From Acidobacteriota bacterium (lineage in GTDB: Bacteria; Acidobacteriota; UBA890; WLXD01), in NCBI GenBank assembly GCA_963666215.2, contig CAXWPL010000005.1:1312001-1376000 (forward strand): a DNA stretch of 64,000 nt. Reading direction: 5' to 3'. Both the position numbers and the translations under genes were made by a program. Under the pieces are notes generated by a model, which had not been told where the DNA came from, ran no database searches, and saw nothing but the letters and a program-made list of their open reading frames with translations. Shown piece after piece: positions 10,328 to 20,744 of this stretch. Numbering within the stretch: position 1 is the stretch's first letter; the number at the start of each line of letters is the position of its first letter.

Positions 10328-11836
10328 GTGATCGACGCACAGCTGCGCGGGGAGATCCGTCGTCTGTTCCTGGTCGAGAAGTGGAAAGTCGGCACGATCG
10401 CTCGACAGCTACAGCTGCACCCCTCAACCGTGCGCCGGGCGCTGGAGAAGTCCGGCGTGCTACCCCAGCAGCGACGAGGGAGGATGATCGATCCTTACCT
10501 GCCGTTCATCGAGCAGGTGCTCGGGACCTACCCACGACTGCCGGCGAGCCGTCTCTACACCATGGTGGTGGAGCGCGGCTATCCAGGAGGCCCGGATCAG
10601 TTTCGCCACCTGGTGGCCTCGATGCGACCGAAGCCCCAGCGCGAGGCGTTTCTCTCGCTGCGCATGCTGCCAGGAGAGCAGGCGCAGGTCGACTGGGGCC
10701 ACTTCGGTCGGCTCCGCGTCGGCCGGGCACATCGTCGGCTCTATGCCTTCGTCTTCGTGCTGTCGTTCTCGCGCACGGTCTTCGTGCACTTCACCCTCGA
10801 CACTCGTCTCGAAACCTTCTTGCACGCTCACCAGCTGGCCTTCCACTACGTCGACGGCGTCGTCAGGACCGTTCTGTACGACAACCTGCGAACCGCGGTG
10901 ATCGAGCGGCAGGGAACCGCGGTGCGCTTCCATCCCGTGCTGCTCGATTTCGCCAGCCACTACGGCTTCCTTCCCACCGTCGCCGCGGTGGCTCGGGGAA
11001 ATGAGAAAGGCCGCGTCGAGCGCGCAATCCGCTTCCTGCGAAGCTCGTTCTTCGGCGCCCGAACGGTGAGCGATTTGGATCGTCTGAATCGGCAGGTCCT
11101 GGAATGGTGCCAGAGGTCGCAGCGCAGACCCTGGCCGCAGGACCGACAGCGAACCGTGAAAAGCGCCCTGGCCCAGGAACGACCTCGACTGCTTGAGCTT
11201 CCCGGAGACGACTTCGAAACCGACCTGCGACTGGAGATCAAGGTCAGAAAGACGCCGATCGTGCGCTTCGACCTCAACGACTACTCGGTGCCGCACAGTC
11301 ATGTGCAGAGGACCGTCACGCTCCTCGCCAGCGAGCATCGGGTGCGGATCCTCGATGGCCAGGAGCTCCTCGCCGAGCACCCTCGCTCGTACTCCCGGGG
11401 CGAGCAGATCCTCGATCCTCAACACCTCGAGGAGCTCCTCGCTCACAAACGCAGGGCCCGACGACACCGGGGCTTCCATCGGCTGTTTTCCGCTGTGCCT
11501 CGATGCGAAGAGCTGATGCAGCAGCTCGCCGAGCGAGGCGAGAACCTCGGAACGCAGACCGCCGGCCTGCTCCGACTCCTGCGCCAGTACGGCCCCCAGC
11601 GACTCGACAAAGCCGTGCGCGAAGCGCTCCTGAACCACGCACCGCGATTCCAGTCCGTCCGGCTCCTACTCGAACGGCACCAGCGCGGCCTCGGTCAGCC
11701 CCCGGCTTTACCGGTGCCGCTCAGCCAGGAGCTCCAACAGCGAGATCTCTCCGTGAGACCGCACAACCTCGAGGACTACGACCAACTTGGAGGCAACGAC
11801 GATGGCCCGACCCAGGAAGAGTCCAACGATCCCTGA
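10328..11836 (+). CDS. istA: IS21 transposase IstA
   Basis: HTH N-terminus, PGEQAQVDWG, LYDNLRTAV, EKGRVER; probable GTG start at 10328. Confidence 0.93.
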   Translation: MIDAQLRGEIRRLFLVEKWKVGTIARQLQLHPSTVRRALEKSGVLPQQRRGRMIDPYLPFIEQVLGTYPRLPASRLYTMVVERGYPGGPDQFRHLVASMRPKPQREAFLSLRMLPGEQAQVDWGHFGRLRVGRAHRRLYAFVFVLSFSRTVFVHFTLDTRLETFLHAHQLAFHYVDGVVRTVLYDNLRTAVIERQGTAVRFHPVLLDFASHYGFLPTVAAVARGNEKGRVERAIRFLRSSFFGARTVSDLDRLNRQVLEWCQRSQRRPWPQDRQRTVKSALAQERPRLLELPGDDFETDLRLEIKVRKTPIVRFDLNDYSVPHSHVQRTVTLLASEHRVRILDGQELLAEHPRSYSRGEQILDPQHLEELLAHKRRARRHRGFHRLFSAVPRCEELMQQLAERGENLGTQTAGLLRLLRQYGPQRLDKAVREALLNHAPRFQSVRLLLERHQRGLGQPPALPVPLSQELQQRDLSVRPHNLEDYDQLGGNDDGPTQEESNDP

Positions 11837-12596
11837 CGAACCACTACGAGAGCTCGCCCGATCCCTCGGCTTCTACGCCCTCGTCGACGACTGGGGCACC
11901 TACCGAGAACAGCCCTGGCTCGAACAGCTGCTGCGCAAAGAAGAGGCCGAGCGCAAACGGCGCAGCCTCGAACGGCGCATCCGCACCAGCCGCGTCGGGC
12001 TCTTCAAGAGCATCGCCGACTTCGACTTCTCCTGGCCCCAGCGCATCGACCGCGAGCAGATCCAGGATCTGCTCACCCTCCAATTCCTCGACGACATCAC
12101 CAACGTCATCCTCCTCGGACCCAACGGTGTCGGCAAGACCATGATTGCCAAGAACCTCCTCTACCAGGCGCTGCAACGAGGGGCCACCGCCAGCTTCGTC
12201 ACCGCCTCCGACATGCTCAACGATCTCGCCGTCCAGGAAACCCCCTCGGCGCTCCAGAGAAGGCTCTCCAAATACACCCGACCCTCGCTTTTGGCAATCG
12301 ATGAGCTCGGCTATCTCTCCTACGACCACCGCCACGCGGATCTCCTCTTCGAGGTCGTCTCCAGGAGATACGGCAACAAGCCCATTCTTCTCACCACCAA
12401 CAAGCCCTTCGCCGAATGGGCCGAGGTCTTTCCCAACGCCTCCTGCGTCGTCACTCTCGTCGATCGACTCACCCACCACGCCGAGATCGTCAAGATCGAG
12501 GCTAACTCCTATCGCCGCAAGGAGGCCAAGGAGGCTGCTGAAAAAAAGGCCAAGGACCGCGCCAAAAGGCGGAGCGCAGCACGACGACGCTCATGA
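11802..12596 (+). CDS. istB: IS21 helper ATPase IstB
   Basis: FDF, GPNGVGKT, IDELGY, DRLTHH. Confidence 0.93.
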   Translation: MARPRKSPTIPDEPLRELARSLGFYALVDDWGTYREQPWLEQLLRKEEAERKRRSLERRIRTSRVGLFKSIADFDFSWPQRIDREQIQDLLTLQFLDDITNVILLGPNGVGKTMIAKNLLYQALQRGATASFVTASDMLNDLAVQETPSALQRRLSKYTRPSLLAIDELGYLSYDHRHADLLFEVVSRRYGNKPILLTTNKPFAEWAEVFPNASCVVTLVDRLTHHAEIVKIEANSYRRKEAKEAAEKKAKDRAKRRSAARRRS

Positions 12597-12949
12597 CCCG
12601 AAGCCACTATCGGCGCCAGCTCCTCCGCCTCTATCGACTCCTTCCCGACACCCCGCACCGCTTCCACCACGGCGACCGCGTCATCGTCGACCAGCTCTTC
12701 GACCAAGACCTGCCTCTCACCGTCCTCCAGGCCGCCCTCCTCCTCGGCTCCGCCCGACGCGCATGCCGAGATCCGCGCCTACCAAAGCTCCAGCCCATCC
12801 GATCCCTCGCCTACTTTCTCCCCATCCTCCGAGAACTCCCCACGACGCCACCCCCCGAGGGGTACCTCGACTATCTGCGCCACACCCTGAGTCACGCCTC
12901 GCGGGGACAAAAAACCGACTCGCAGCCAACTAAGTGCGCTTTCTCGTAG
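12593..12949 (+). CDS. Small accessory protein inside IS21 right end
   Basis: ATGA overlap with istB stop; IRSLAYFLPILREL; stop lies within the right IR. Confidence 0.6.
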   Translation: MTRSHYRRQLLRLYRLLPDTPHRFHHGDRVIVDQLFDQDLPLTVLQAALLLGSARRACRDPRLPKLQPIRSLAYFLPILRELPTTPPPEGYLDYLRHTLSHASRGQKTDSQPTKCAFS

Positions 12950-13017
12950 CCGGTAACACCCCGGAGGCAATGACCATGTGATCGCCCGAACTTCCTGAAG
13001 AAACAAAGGAGGAGTCC

Positions 13018-13039
13018 TTGACAGAGGAGTCCAGATACG
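13018..13039 (+). promoter_or_regulatory. -35 half of IS1111 circle-junction promoter
   Basis: TTGACA 13018-13023; joining to the left end gives a 17-nt spacer then TGGAAT (8212-8217). Confidence 0.6.
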
Positions 13040-13119
13040 TCTTTCACGGTGAGGTGCGACAACACAATTCGAGCTCTGAGCCGCTGATCCACCGGGCGAC
13101 TGTAAGATGTTGCCAACTC

Positions 13120-15795
13120 ATGGCTCTAGAACCAGGCTCCCGCCTCGGTCCCTACGAGATCGTCGAGCTGCGCGGCAAGGGCGGCATGGGAGAGGTGTAC
13201 CTGGGCCGCGATACACGCCTGGAGCGGGATGTCGCCATCAAGGTGCTACCTGAGGAGCTCGGGCAGGACACGCTCTACCGCCAGCGGCTGGAGCGTGAAG
13301 CGAAGAGCCTCTCGCAGCTGAGCCATCCCCACATCTGTACCCTCCACGACATTGGCAGCGAAGACGGTGTCGACTACCTGGTCATGGAGTACCTCGAGGG
13401 CGAGACCCTCGAGGACCGGCTGCGAAAGGGCGCCCTGCCGCTGGATGAGGTGACGGCGATCGGATCGCAGATCGCCGAGGCCATCGATGCCGCCCATCGT
13501 CACGGAGTGGTCCACCGCGATCTCAAGCCCGGCAATGTGATGTTGACTCGCGAGGGAGCCAAGGTGCTCGACTTCGGCCTCGCCAAGGGAGTCCAGGTCG
13601 GTGCCCTTAGCGGGAGCACGCAGACGCCGACCATCACCCAGCCACTGACCAGCGAAGGCTCGATTCTCGGCACGCTGCAATACATGGCGCCCGAGCAGCT
13701 CGAAGGTAAGGAGGCAGACACTCGCAGCGACATCTGGGGCCTTGGCGCCGTGCTTTACGAGATGGCCAGCGGGGCAAGGCCGTTCGAGGGGACCTCTCAG
13801 GCCAGCTTGATCGCGTCGATCATGACCGGTCGGGTGCGCGCTCTGTCGGAGCTCCAGCCGCTCGCGCCGGCCCGCTTCGACTGGGTGATCGAGCGCTGTC
13901 TCGACAAGGATCCCGATCGGCGTTGGCAGTCGGCGCGCGATGTGGCGCTGGAGCTGGGCGGCCTCGACCAGGGGACCGAGACGGCGGCGCCTACAGGAGG
14001 CACCGCCGACCGGGCCCTGCGTCCGCGAGTCGCCGCCCTGGCCGGGGGCCTCGTTCTCCTGGTCGGGCTGGTGATCGGCTTCGCGCTTCCTCGCGGCTCG
14101 AGCGTGCCGACGGTCGAGAGCGGCGCGGAGGAGTGGACCGTGACGACCCTCGACATCGCGGCCGACGAGGGATTCATGACGATCTCGGCTGACGGGCGCT
14201 CCCTGGTATTCCCGCAACCGCATGCCGATGGCGGATCGATCCTCGCTCGCCGCCCCCTCGATTCGCTGTTCTCACAGGCGATCCCGGGAACGGAGGGAGC
14301 AACCGGTGCCCTTTTCTCCCCCGACGGCGGACATCTGGTCTTCGCCGACAGAAGTGGCAAACTGAAAACAATCGCTGTCGAGGGAGGAGGAGCCACGACA
14401 CTCGTCGCGGAAAACGTCTTTCCTGGGATGTGGGCAGAGAACGGCTCGATCTACTACGGTCGCGTACCGCCGGGAACGAACCCGACCTCCGCCGAGATCT
14501 GGCGAGTCCCGGCTGCCGGCGGCGAGCCCGAGCGCATCGGTGACGGCATGCCAACCGATCTCCTTCCCGGGGGACGCACCCTCCTGGCGACGGTGACTCC
14601 GGATCGAAGAGACGGGTTCTGGGCCGACATCGTCGCCATCGATCTGGAGACCGGCGAGAGCCGCGTGCTCACCCCCGGCGTCCTGCCCTTGTACGTCGAG
14701 CCGGGGCTGATGGCCTTCTATCGAAGCGGAGCGCTGTGGGCCGCTCCCATCGACTCCTTGACCGGAGAGCTTGTGGCACCGCCTCGACAAGTCGAAGCCG
14801 AGGTGGCTCGCGCGCCAGGAGTGCCGGTCGACGTCGGCCGTTTCGCCGTCAGCCGGTCCGGGGATCTCGCCTACGTGCGCGGGCAGGTAAGCGACCAGTC
14901 TCGGCTGGTGTGGGTGAACCGCGGCGGCGGCGAGGTCGAGCCGGTGGCTCCTGAGATCAAGGCCTTCGCCGTTCCCAGGCCATCCCTCGATGGCCACAGG
15001 ATCTCGGTCCACTCGCGAAACTCGGCCGGCGACGGCAACGAGCAATGGGCCCTCGACCTCGCCACCGGCTCGTGGAGCCGACCGGCTCAGACGGGCTCCA
15101 CTTCGGTCGCGACAGAGATCCCGCCAGACGGCAAAGAGATCTTCTTCGTGGCGAATCGCGTCGACGACTACGCACAGGTGTTTTTCCAGCCGGCCGATCG
15201 TAGCGCCCCGGCGCAGAGGCTACTGCCCTCCGAGCAGGCTCAATCCTATTTCGGCGTCTCCGCCGACGGGCGCTGGGTGTTGCTCTACCACTTCTTCGAG
15301 GAGGGGTTTGTCGCCCTCGACCGCAGTAGCGGCGAGGTACGCTCTGTGGTCGACGACAGTGTCTTCGTTCGCTCGGGAGGCTTCCACCCCGATGGGGACT
15401 GGATCGCCTACGCCGGATTCGACCCCGTCGACGCTATGTCGCAGCTGTGGCTGATCCCCTTCCCGGGCCCAGGGGAGCCGCGCCAGCTCACCTTCGAAGG
15501 CGGCCAGGAAGCGGCATGGTCCTCTTCGGGAGACGAGATCTTCTACCGCGGCCCGACCCACATGATGACCATCCCGATCGAGAAGAAGGGCAGTGAGTTG
15601 GTCATCGGGCGGCCTGAGACCCTGTTCGAAGATCGGTTCCGAAGGGGTCCGAACCTAGGCATCATCAACTACGGTGTGCATCCGGACGGCCGCTTCCTGA
15701 TGGTCGAGGCCGCTGAGGACCAGGAGGAAAAAGTGATCCTGGTCCAGAACTGGCGGGCCAAGGTGCTCGAGATGTTCTCCGAGGGGGGCTCGTGA
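13120..15795 (+). CDS. Ser/Thr protein kinase with TM helix and TolB/PD40-like beta-propeller
   Basis: GKGGMGEVY, VAIK, HRDLKPGN, DFGLAK, YMAPE; repeated FSPDG-type motifs. Confidence 0.92.
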   Translation: MALEPGSRLGPYEIVELRGKGGMGEVYLGRDTRLERDVAIKVLPEELGQDTLYRQRLEREAKSLSQLSHPHICTLHDIGSEDGVDYLVMEYLEGETLEDRLRKGALPLDEVTAIGSQIAEAIDAAHRHGVVHRDLKPGNVMLTREGAKVLDFGLAKGVQVGALSGSTQTPTITQPLTSEGSILGTLQYMAPEQLEGKEADTRSDIWGLGAVLYEMASGARPFEGTSQASLIASIMTGRVRALSELQPLAPARFDWVIERCLDKDPDRRWQSARDVALELGGLDQGTETAAPTGGTADRALRPRVAALAGGLVLLVGLVIGFALPRGSSVPTVESGAEEWTVTTLDIAADEGFMTISADGRSLVFPQPHADGGSILARRPLDSLFSQAIPGTEGATGALFSPDGGHLVFADRSGKLKTIAVEGGGATTLVAENVFPGMWAENGSIYYGRVPPGTNPTSAEIWRVPAAGGEPERIGDGMPTDLLPGGRTLLATVTPDRRDGFWADIVAIDLETGESRVLTPGVLPLYVEPGLMAFYRSGALWAAPIDSLTGELVAPPRQVEAEVARAPGVPVDVGRFAVSRSGDLAYVRGQVSDQSRLVWVNRGGGEVEPVAPEIKAFAVPRPSLDGHRISVHSRNSAGDGNEQWALDLATGSWSRPAQTGSTSVATEIPPDGKEIFFVANRVDDYAQVFFQPADRSAPAQRLLPSEQAQSYFGVSADGRWVLLYHFFEEGFVALDRSSGEVRSVVDDSVFVRSGGFHPDGDWIAYAGFDPVDAMSQLWLIPFPGPGEPRQLTFEGGQEAAWSSSGDEIFYRGPTHMMTIPIEKKGSELVIGRPETLFEDRFRRGPNLGIINYGVHPDGRFLMVEAAEDQEEKVILVQNWRAKVLEMFSEGGS

Positions 15796-16186
15796 GCGCG
15801 GGCCTTGTCGCCTTTGGTGGCGGAGTGCGACAAGTATCGCGATCGGCCTATAAGGAGAAGGATCTCGCAGAGTCCCGCGAGGCAGGAGGTTCGTCGTCGC
15901 GCGGATCTACCCGAGCGGGATTCTGCTAGACCTGGCTTGAGCGGAGGCCGCCAGACGAGCGGTTGTGTATGGGGTTATCAGCCTCGTTGGCAGGCTGTGC
16001 TGCGCGCGACGCGCCCCAGGTCGAGGGTTGTGAGGTAGTTCCAGAGGTGCACTGGGTTGCGGTCAGGCGCCTGCGCGGCCCCTGGGAGGTCCACCGGCGT
16101 CTCGATTTTGGGTTCGGAGCCACCGCGGGCACACCTCCGCCTTGTCCGCGGCGGGACCGGGAGCGCGGGAAGAGAAAGGCGTGGGA

Positions 16187-16810
16187 TCACGCGGCCGCCA
16201 CCGGTGGAGGCCGGGCGTAGGCAGGAGGGTCGAGGGGGAAACGTTGGAGGCGGGGACCTTGGCAGGCGGGACAGATCGCGAGGTCGATGCCGGTGAGGCG
16301 TTGGAGGAGCTCGTTTGTGGTTTCCGACTCGATGGGGATGGGGTGGGAGGTTTCGGCCTGGGTCGCTGTGGCGGTGGACTCGAGCAGAGCGCGGGCTCGC
16401 TCGAGGCGAGAGTGGACGTTGGCCGAGGCCATGAGTCCATAGTGGCGAATCTTTTGGAATCGTCGGGGCAGGACGTGCAGCACAAAGCTGCGGATGAGCT
16501 CCTCGGGAGAGAGCGTCACGGTCTTGCCATCGCGCGTGGCGAGGGTGATGGCCTGCTCCGTGACGTTGAGGATTCTGTGGTTGGACAGTGCGACTCGATG
16601 GGTATAGCGGCCCAGGTAGGAGAAGACCTGCTGCGCACCGGCGAAGGGACGCTTGGCGTAGACGATGAAGTCCTTGGCGTAGAGCTTCGACAGCAGGCGA
16701 TCGAAGCCACCGTCCTCGGCCAGATCTCGTGGCAGGTCGAGCTGTCCGTCTTTGTAGGCACGGGCCAGGTGGCCGAGAAACTTACCGCGGTACAGCCTCC
16801 CCAGAAGCTT
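16187..16810 (-). pseudogene. IS91 family (Y2) transposase, 3' fragment
   Basis: YLGRYTHRVALSNHRI, HVLPRRFQKIRHYG, CPAC. Confidence 0.85.
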
Positions 16811-16891
16811 GACGGCGTCCTCCTCGTTGCAGGCGTCGGCATTGACGCCAAATATCGCGATCAGCTTTCCCGCACCCCACGTAGAGCGAGC

Positions 16892-17821
16892 TCACTCCTC
16901 GGCCGGCTTCACTATACGGGGAGGACCGTACCGGAAGGGCAGTTCGGCCTCCATGGCGACGGCCTGCTGCGAGAGGGCGACGGCGGTTTCCTCCTGCCCC
17001 TCATGGAGAGCGATGAGTGACTCTATCTCTTTGTGCAGGACCTGGACCGCCTCTGCATCGAGGATGATCTCGGGGTTCCCTTGTCCACCGACGTCGATCC
17101 GATCGGCCCAGCTTCTCGCCTGGTCGACGTTTCCTTGCTTCAGCGCCACGTAGGCCCGCGAGAACGGGTAGTGGGCGGCGGGAATGTCGACGCCGTCCGG
17201 CGGTGCTTTTTCTTCAGCCGACTCCCAATCCTCGGTGTCGAGGAGGTAGCGGGCGTACATCGCTCCGTAGTAGGCGCGCTCGCGGGCGAAGGGTTCTTCC
17301 CGCAGACGCTTCCACGCGCTGGCGAGAAGCTCTTCGGCCCTTTGTAGCTTTCCCTGTTGCAAGTAGCCGTACAGAAGCCAGTACACGTAGTGAGAGGCTT
17401 CACGGCTCCGCTCTCCGGGCCCATTGAGAACGGCGTACTCCAGCTCCTTCGCCCTTTCGTTTGCGCGCACCAGGTCATCCCACATGCCCAAAGCCGAGAA
17501 AATGTGAGAGGTCATGTGTTGGGCGTGGGGTGCGGCAGGTGCGATCTCCGAGTACGCACGCGCCATGGGTAGTCCGAGGACAGCGTGGACAGGGTCGTCG
17601 TAGGAGTGGATGAGGTAGTGCGCCGCACCCGGGTGCAAGCGATTCGCGTCCCAAACCTCGGTCAGCACCGCCGCTGCCTTGATGTAGGTCGCGTACTCCC
17701 GATTCGTCCGGGTGGGACTCGTGGAGATTCGAGCCGGCTCGGCACCCGCGTCACCAGCGGTTGCAGCAAGCAGCACGGCGACTATTTCAGCTACCCGAAG
17801 TGTCATAGAGCGTCGGTGCAT
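16892..17821 (-). pseudogene. Secreted TPR-like protein, probably internally deleted or truncated
   Basis: Signal peptide abruptly joined to HPGAAHYLIHSYDDP...PHAQHMTSHIF; helical repeats. Confidence 0.55.
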
Positions 17822-18048
17822 CAATTCGGTTTCTCGCTTTCCGACTATCGAATCCGGTCTCAGTCGATCCCGTAGACGTAGTCTACTAGCGGTCTTGTCG
17901 CGAGCAGGGGACGGACCCACCAGCCGGTGGCACCCTTTCTAGTGGAAGGTGCCACGTCTGGGTTCGACTTCCTGGAGCCTTTTAGGAACACCCACTTCCC
18001 GAATCACAGACCTGCCCCAGAAAAAGCCTTGACTCTGTAGGTATGTAC

Positions 18049-18246
18049 TGGACCCGCCCGGGTTTGATGGACACCTGGTTTAGCCACCCATGGTGGCAGA
18101 AAAGTAGAGTAGGGACCAGCGTAGTGAGCCGGCGATAGCCGGCGAGGGAGCTGGTCCCTCATTCTCACGCGGCCTCCTGGAGCTGCTGCTCGAAGGTCGC
18201 CGGGCTGACATATCCCAACGTCGAATGGCGCCGGGACCGATTGTAC
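18049..18246 (-). mobile_element. IS3 family right-end remnant
   Basis: Encodes YNRSRRHSTLGYVSPATFEQQ; end repeat tggacccgcccgggtttgatggacac. Confidence 0.75.
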
Positions 18247-18286
18247 AAGTCCCGATCACAGTGATCACAGGACCGAGATTCGTCGG

Positions 18287-18763
18287 GTGCAGTACCGCTG
18301 GCATCCGCAATACGGGCAGGAAGTCGTTGTCCACGGCAAGAAGAAAGGCAGGGGCGGGGTCTATCGATGTCAAGTCAACGATGACGAGACGCGCGCGAAG
18401 CTCGAGATTCCCAAATGGATGTTTGATCGGGAGCTGTGCTCTCGGATGCAGGCAACGACTTCGCCCTACGTACGTTGGGAAGCACTTGTCGATTGTTGGC
18501 AATTACTCAGCGACACCCGTCAGCAGGAGGGTCCGGGCGCGATAGAAAATCGTCTTCCACCGACTACGGAGGGAAACGATGCGACATCGACGCGCCCCAC
18601 GGGTTACCTACCAAGCCGAGCTCTTCGCGACCGAGACCGATCGGCCGAACTGGCGAGAGCTGCCCGCGACGACTCGCGAAGCGGTGATCTCTCTGCTGGC
18701 GCAGATCCTGACAGAGCAGAGCCCACCGTCATCGCCGAGCCTCGCAAAGGAGGGGAAGCATGA
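18287..18763 (+). CDS. Small accessory ORF of serine-recombinase element
   Basis: YRWHPQYG...EIPKWMFD..C motif; frame open back to the element boundary near 18242. Confidence 0.5.
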   Translation: MQYRWHPQYGQEVVVHGKKKGRGGVYRCQVNDDETRAKLEIPKWMFDRELCSRMQATTSPYVRWEALVDCWQLLSDTRQQEGPGAIENRLPPTTEGNDATSTRPTGYLPSRALRDRDRSAELARAARDDSRSGDLSAGADPDRAEPTVIAEPRKGGEA

Positions 18764-18767
18764 GTGA
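18579..18767 (+). CDS. Small helical ORF overlapping recombinase start
   Basis: QAELF...WRELPATTREAVISLLAQIL; SD ggaggg; overlaps 18760 ATG. Confidence 0.5.
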   Translation: MRHRRAPRVTYQAELFATETDRPNWRELPATTREAVISLLAQILTEQSPPSSPSLAKEGKHE

Positions 18768-20744
18768 GAAGCTCACGGTTCGCCATCTCGAGCGTCGGGC
18801 GCTGATCTATGTGCGCCAGTCGTCGCACCACCAGCTGGTGCACAACACCGAGAGCCGGCGTCTGCAGTACTCGATGGAGCAGCGCGTACGGGACCTGGGC
18901 TGGCAAGAGACCGAGGTCATCGATGAGGATCAAGGGCTTTCCGCGACATCGACACACGGTCGCACCGGGTTTCAGCGCTTGGTGGCCGAGGTTTGTCTAG
19001 GGCGGATCGGTGCCGTAGCAGCGATCGAGGTGTCCCGTTTCGCGCGCAATAACCGCGACTGGCATCAGTTGGTCGAGATGTGCGCCATGGTCGAAACGTT
19101 GCTCATCGATCACGACACGATCTACGATCCTCGTCGAGCGAACGATCGATTGCTGCTGGGTCTGAAAGGCACGATGAGCGAGTACGAGCTGGATCTTCTG
19201 CGCCAACGCTCGGTGGAGGCTCGGTGGGCCAAGGCCAAGCGCGGCGAGTTGGTGATCGAGGCCCCAGTGGGTTTCGTGAAGACCGCGGATCAACGCCTGG
19301 AGAAGGACCCTGACCTTCGCGTGCAGAAGGCCATCGAGCTCGTCTTCACCAAGTTCTTCGAGTTGGGGACCGCTCGGCAGGCCGGGCTGTGTTTCTCGAA
19401 AACGGTGTGGATCTACCCGCGAAACGGCGCGGCGTCGCGGGCTGGGAAACCTGGTGGAAGCGGCCGGCCTATCACGCCGTTATCAGCATCCTGAAAGAGC
19501 CGACCTACGCCGGTGCCTACGCCTACGGCCGTACGACGTCCAAGACCGAGCTCGTCGATGGATCCCTGCGCAAAAAAAAGGGTCGTGCGCAAGCCACTTG
19601 ACGAGTGGACGGTGTTGATCCCCGATCATCACGAGGGCTACATTGGGTGGGATCGGTTTCAGAAGGTCCAACAGATGCTCGATGACAATGTCGCTCAATT
19701 CCAGTCAGCTCGCCGTCGTGGGGCGCCGAAACGGGGAGCTGCACTGCTTGCAGGACTCTTGCGTTGCGGTCGTTGCGGTCGCAAGTTGATGGTCGGTTAC
19801 TCGGGTAAGAATGCCGCGGTCCCTCGGTACCTGTGCCATCGCGCCCGACTCGACCAGATGGCTCCGAAATGCATCTCCTTTGGCGGGCTGTCGGTGGACC
19901 AAGCCGTTGCGGAAGAGATTCTCAAGGTGGTGCGACCCTGCGCGGTCGAGGCTGCGAGGCTCGCGGTTTCGCAAGAGGCACTTCGACGCCAGGAGCGGAT
20001 CCAAGCTCTGTCCATGGAGTTGGAAGCAGCCCACTACGCGGCGGAGCTGGCCCGCCGTCGATACAACGCGATGGATCCCGACAATCGTCTCGTTGCGGGC
20101 GAGTTGGAGCGGCGCTGGGACGAGGCCTTGCAGAAGGTACGCGAGCTGGGAAGAAAGCTCGAGCAAGGATCCTCGGGCGAAGAATCGAGTGCACCGGACC
20201 CCCTCGATTTGGCAGATCTCGAGCTCGACCTCAACCGGGTGTGGAATGCGCCGGAAACGGACCCGCGTCTCAAGAAGCGTGTCCTCCGAGCTTTGATCGA
20301 AGAGATTGTCGTCGACATCGACGCTGCACAGAGTGAGGTCACCCTCGCCATTCATTGGAAGGGAGGGCTGCACAGCGAGCTGCGTATCCCACGGCGCCGC
20401 AGGGGCCAGAGCGCATCGCACACGAGTCCCGACGTGGTCGATGCGATCCGCGAGCTGGCTCGCATCTGCAAAGACCGCTTGATCGCCGGCTACCTCACCC
20501 GTAACGGCCTTCTCACCGCACGCGGGAATCGATGGTCTGCCCTGGCCGTGACCTCCTTGCGCAACAACCGTGGCATACCGGTGTACTCGCCCGCCATACG
20601 CCAGGCCGAAGGATGGATGAATCTGACCGCCGCGGCAGCCCATCTCGGTGTCGCGGCGAAGACGCTACGACGGGCTGCCGAGCGGGGCGATGTACCGGCG
20701 AAACACCCGCTCAAGGACGGTCCATGGGTCTTTAACTGCAGCGA
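18760..20744 (+). pseudogene. Large serine recombinase (frameshifts near 19385 and 19575; truncated by IS5)
   Basis: YVRQSS catalytic motif, SRFARN, recombinase domain YAGAYAYGR, Zn ribbon CGRCG, coiled coil, C-terminal HTH. Confidence 0.85.

Larger units (their letters stand above)
9569..12958 (+). mobile_element. IS21 family element, copy 1 (3390 bp)
   Basis: IR tgttgatggctgcgagaaagcgca / tgcgctttctcgtagccggtaaca; 5-bp TSD ccccg (9564-9568, 12959-12963). Confidence 0.95.
8211..13037 (+). mobile_element. IS110 family (IS1111 group) element carrying a nested IS21
   Basis: Subterminal IR tggactcctc (8217-8226) / gaggagtcca (13024-13033); DEDD recombinase; downstream non-coding region; core TG at 8209-8210 and CG at 13038-13039. 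Confidence 0.85.

Noticed and set aside
10460-12479. Long antisense ORFs over istA/istB, and similar shadows elsewhere
   Set aside because: Typical high-GC antisense shadows with no recognisable motifs
13018-13119. N-terminal extension of the kinase ORF
   Set aside because: Lies in the IS1111 right end and dyad element; the real start is probably ATG 13120
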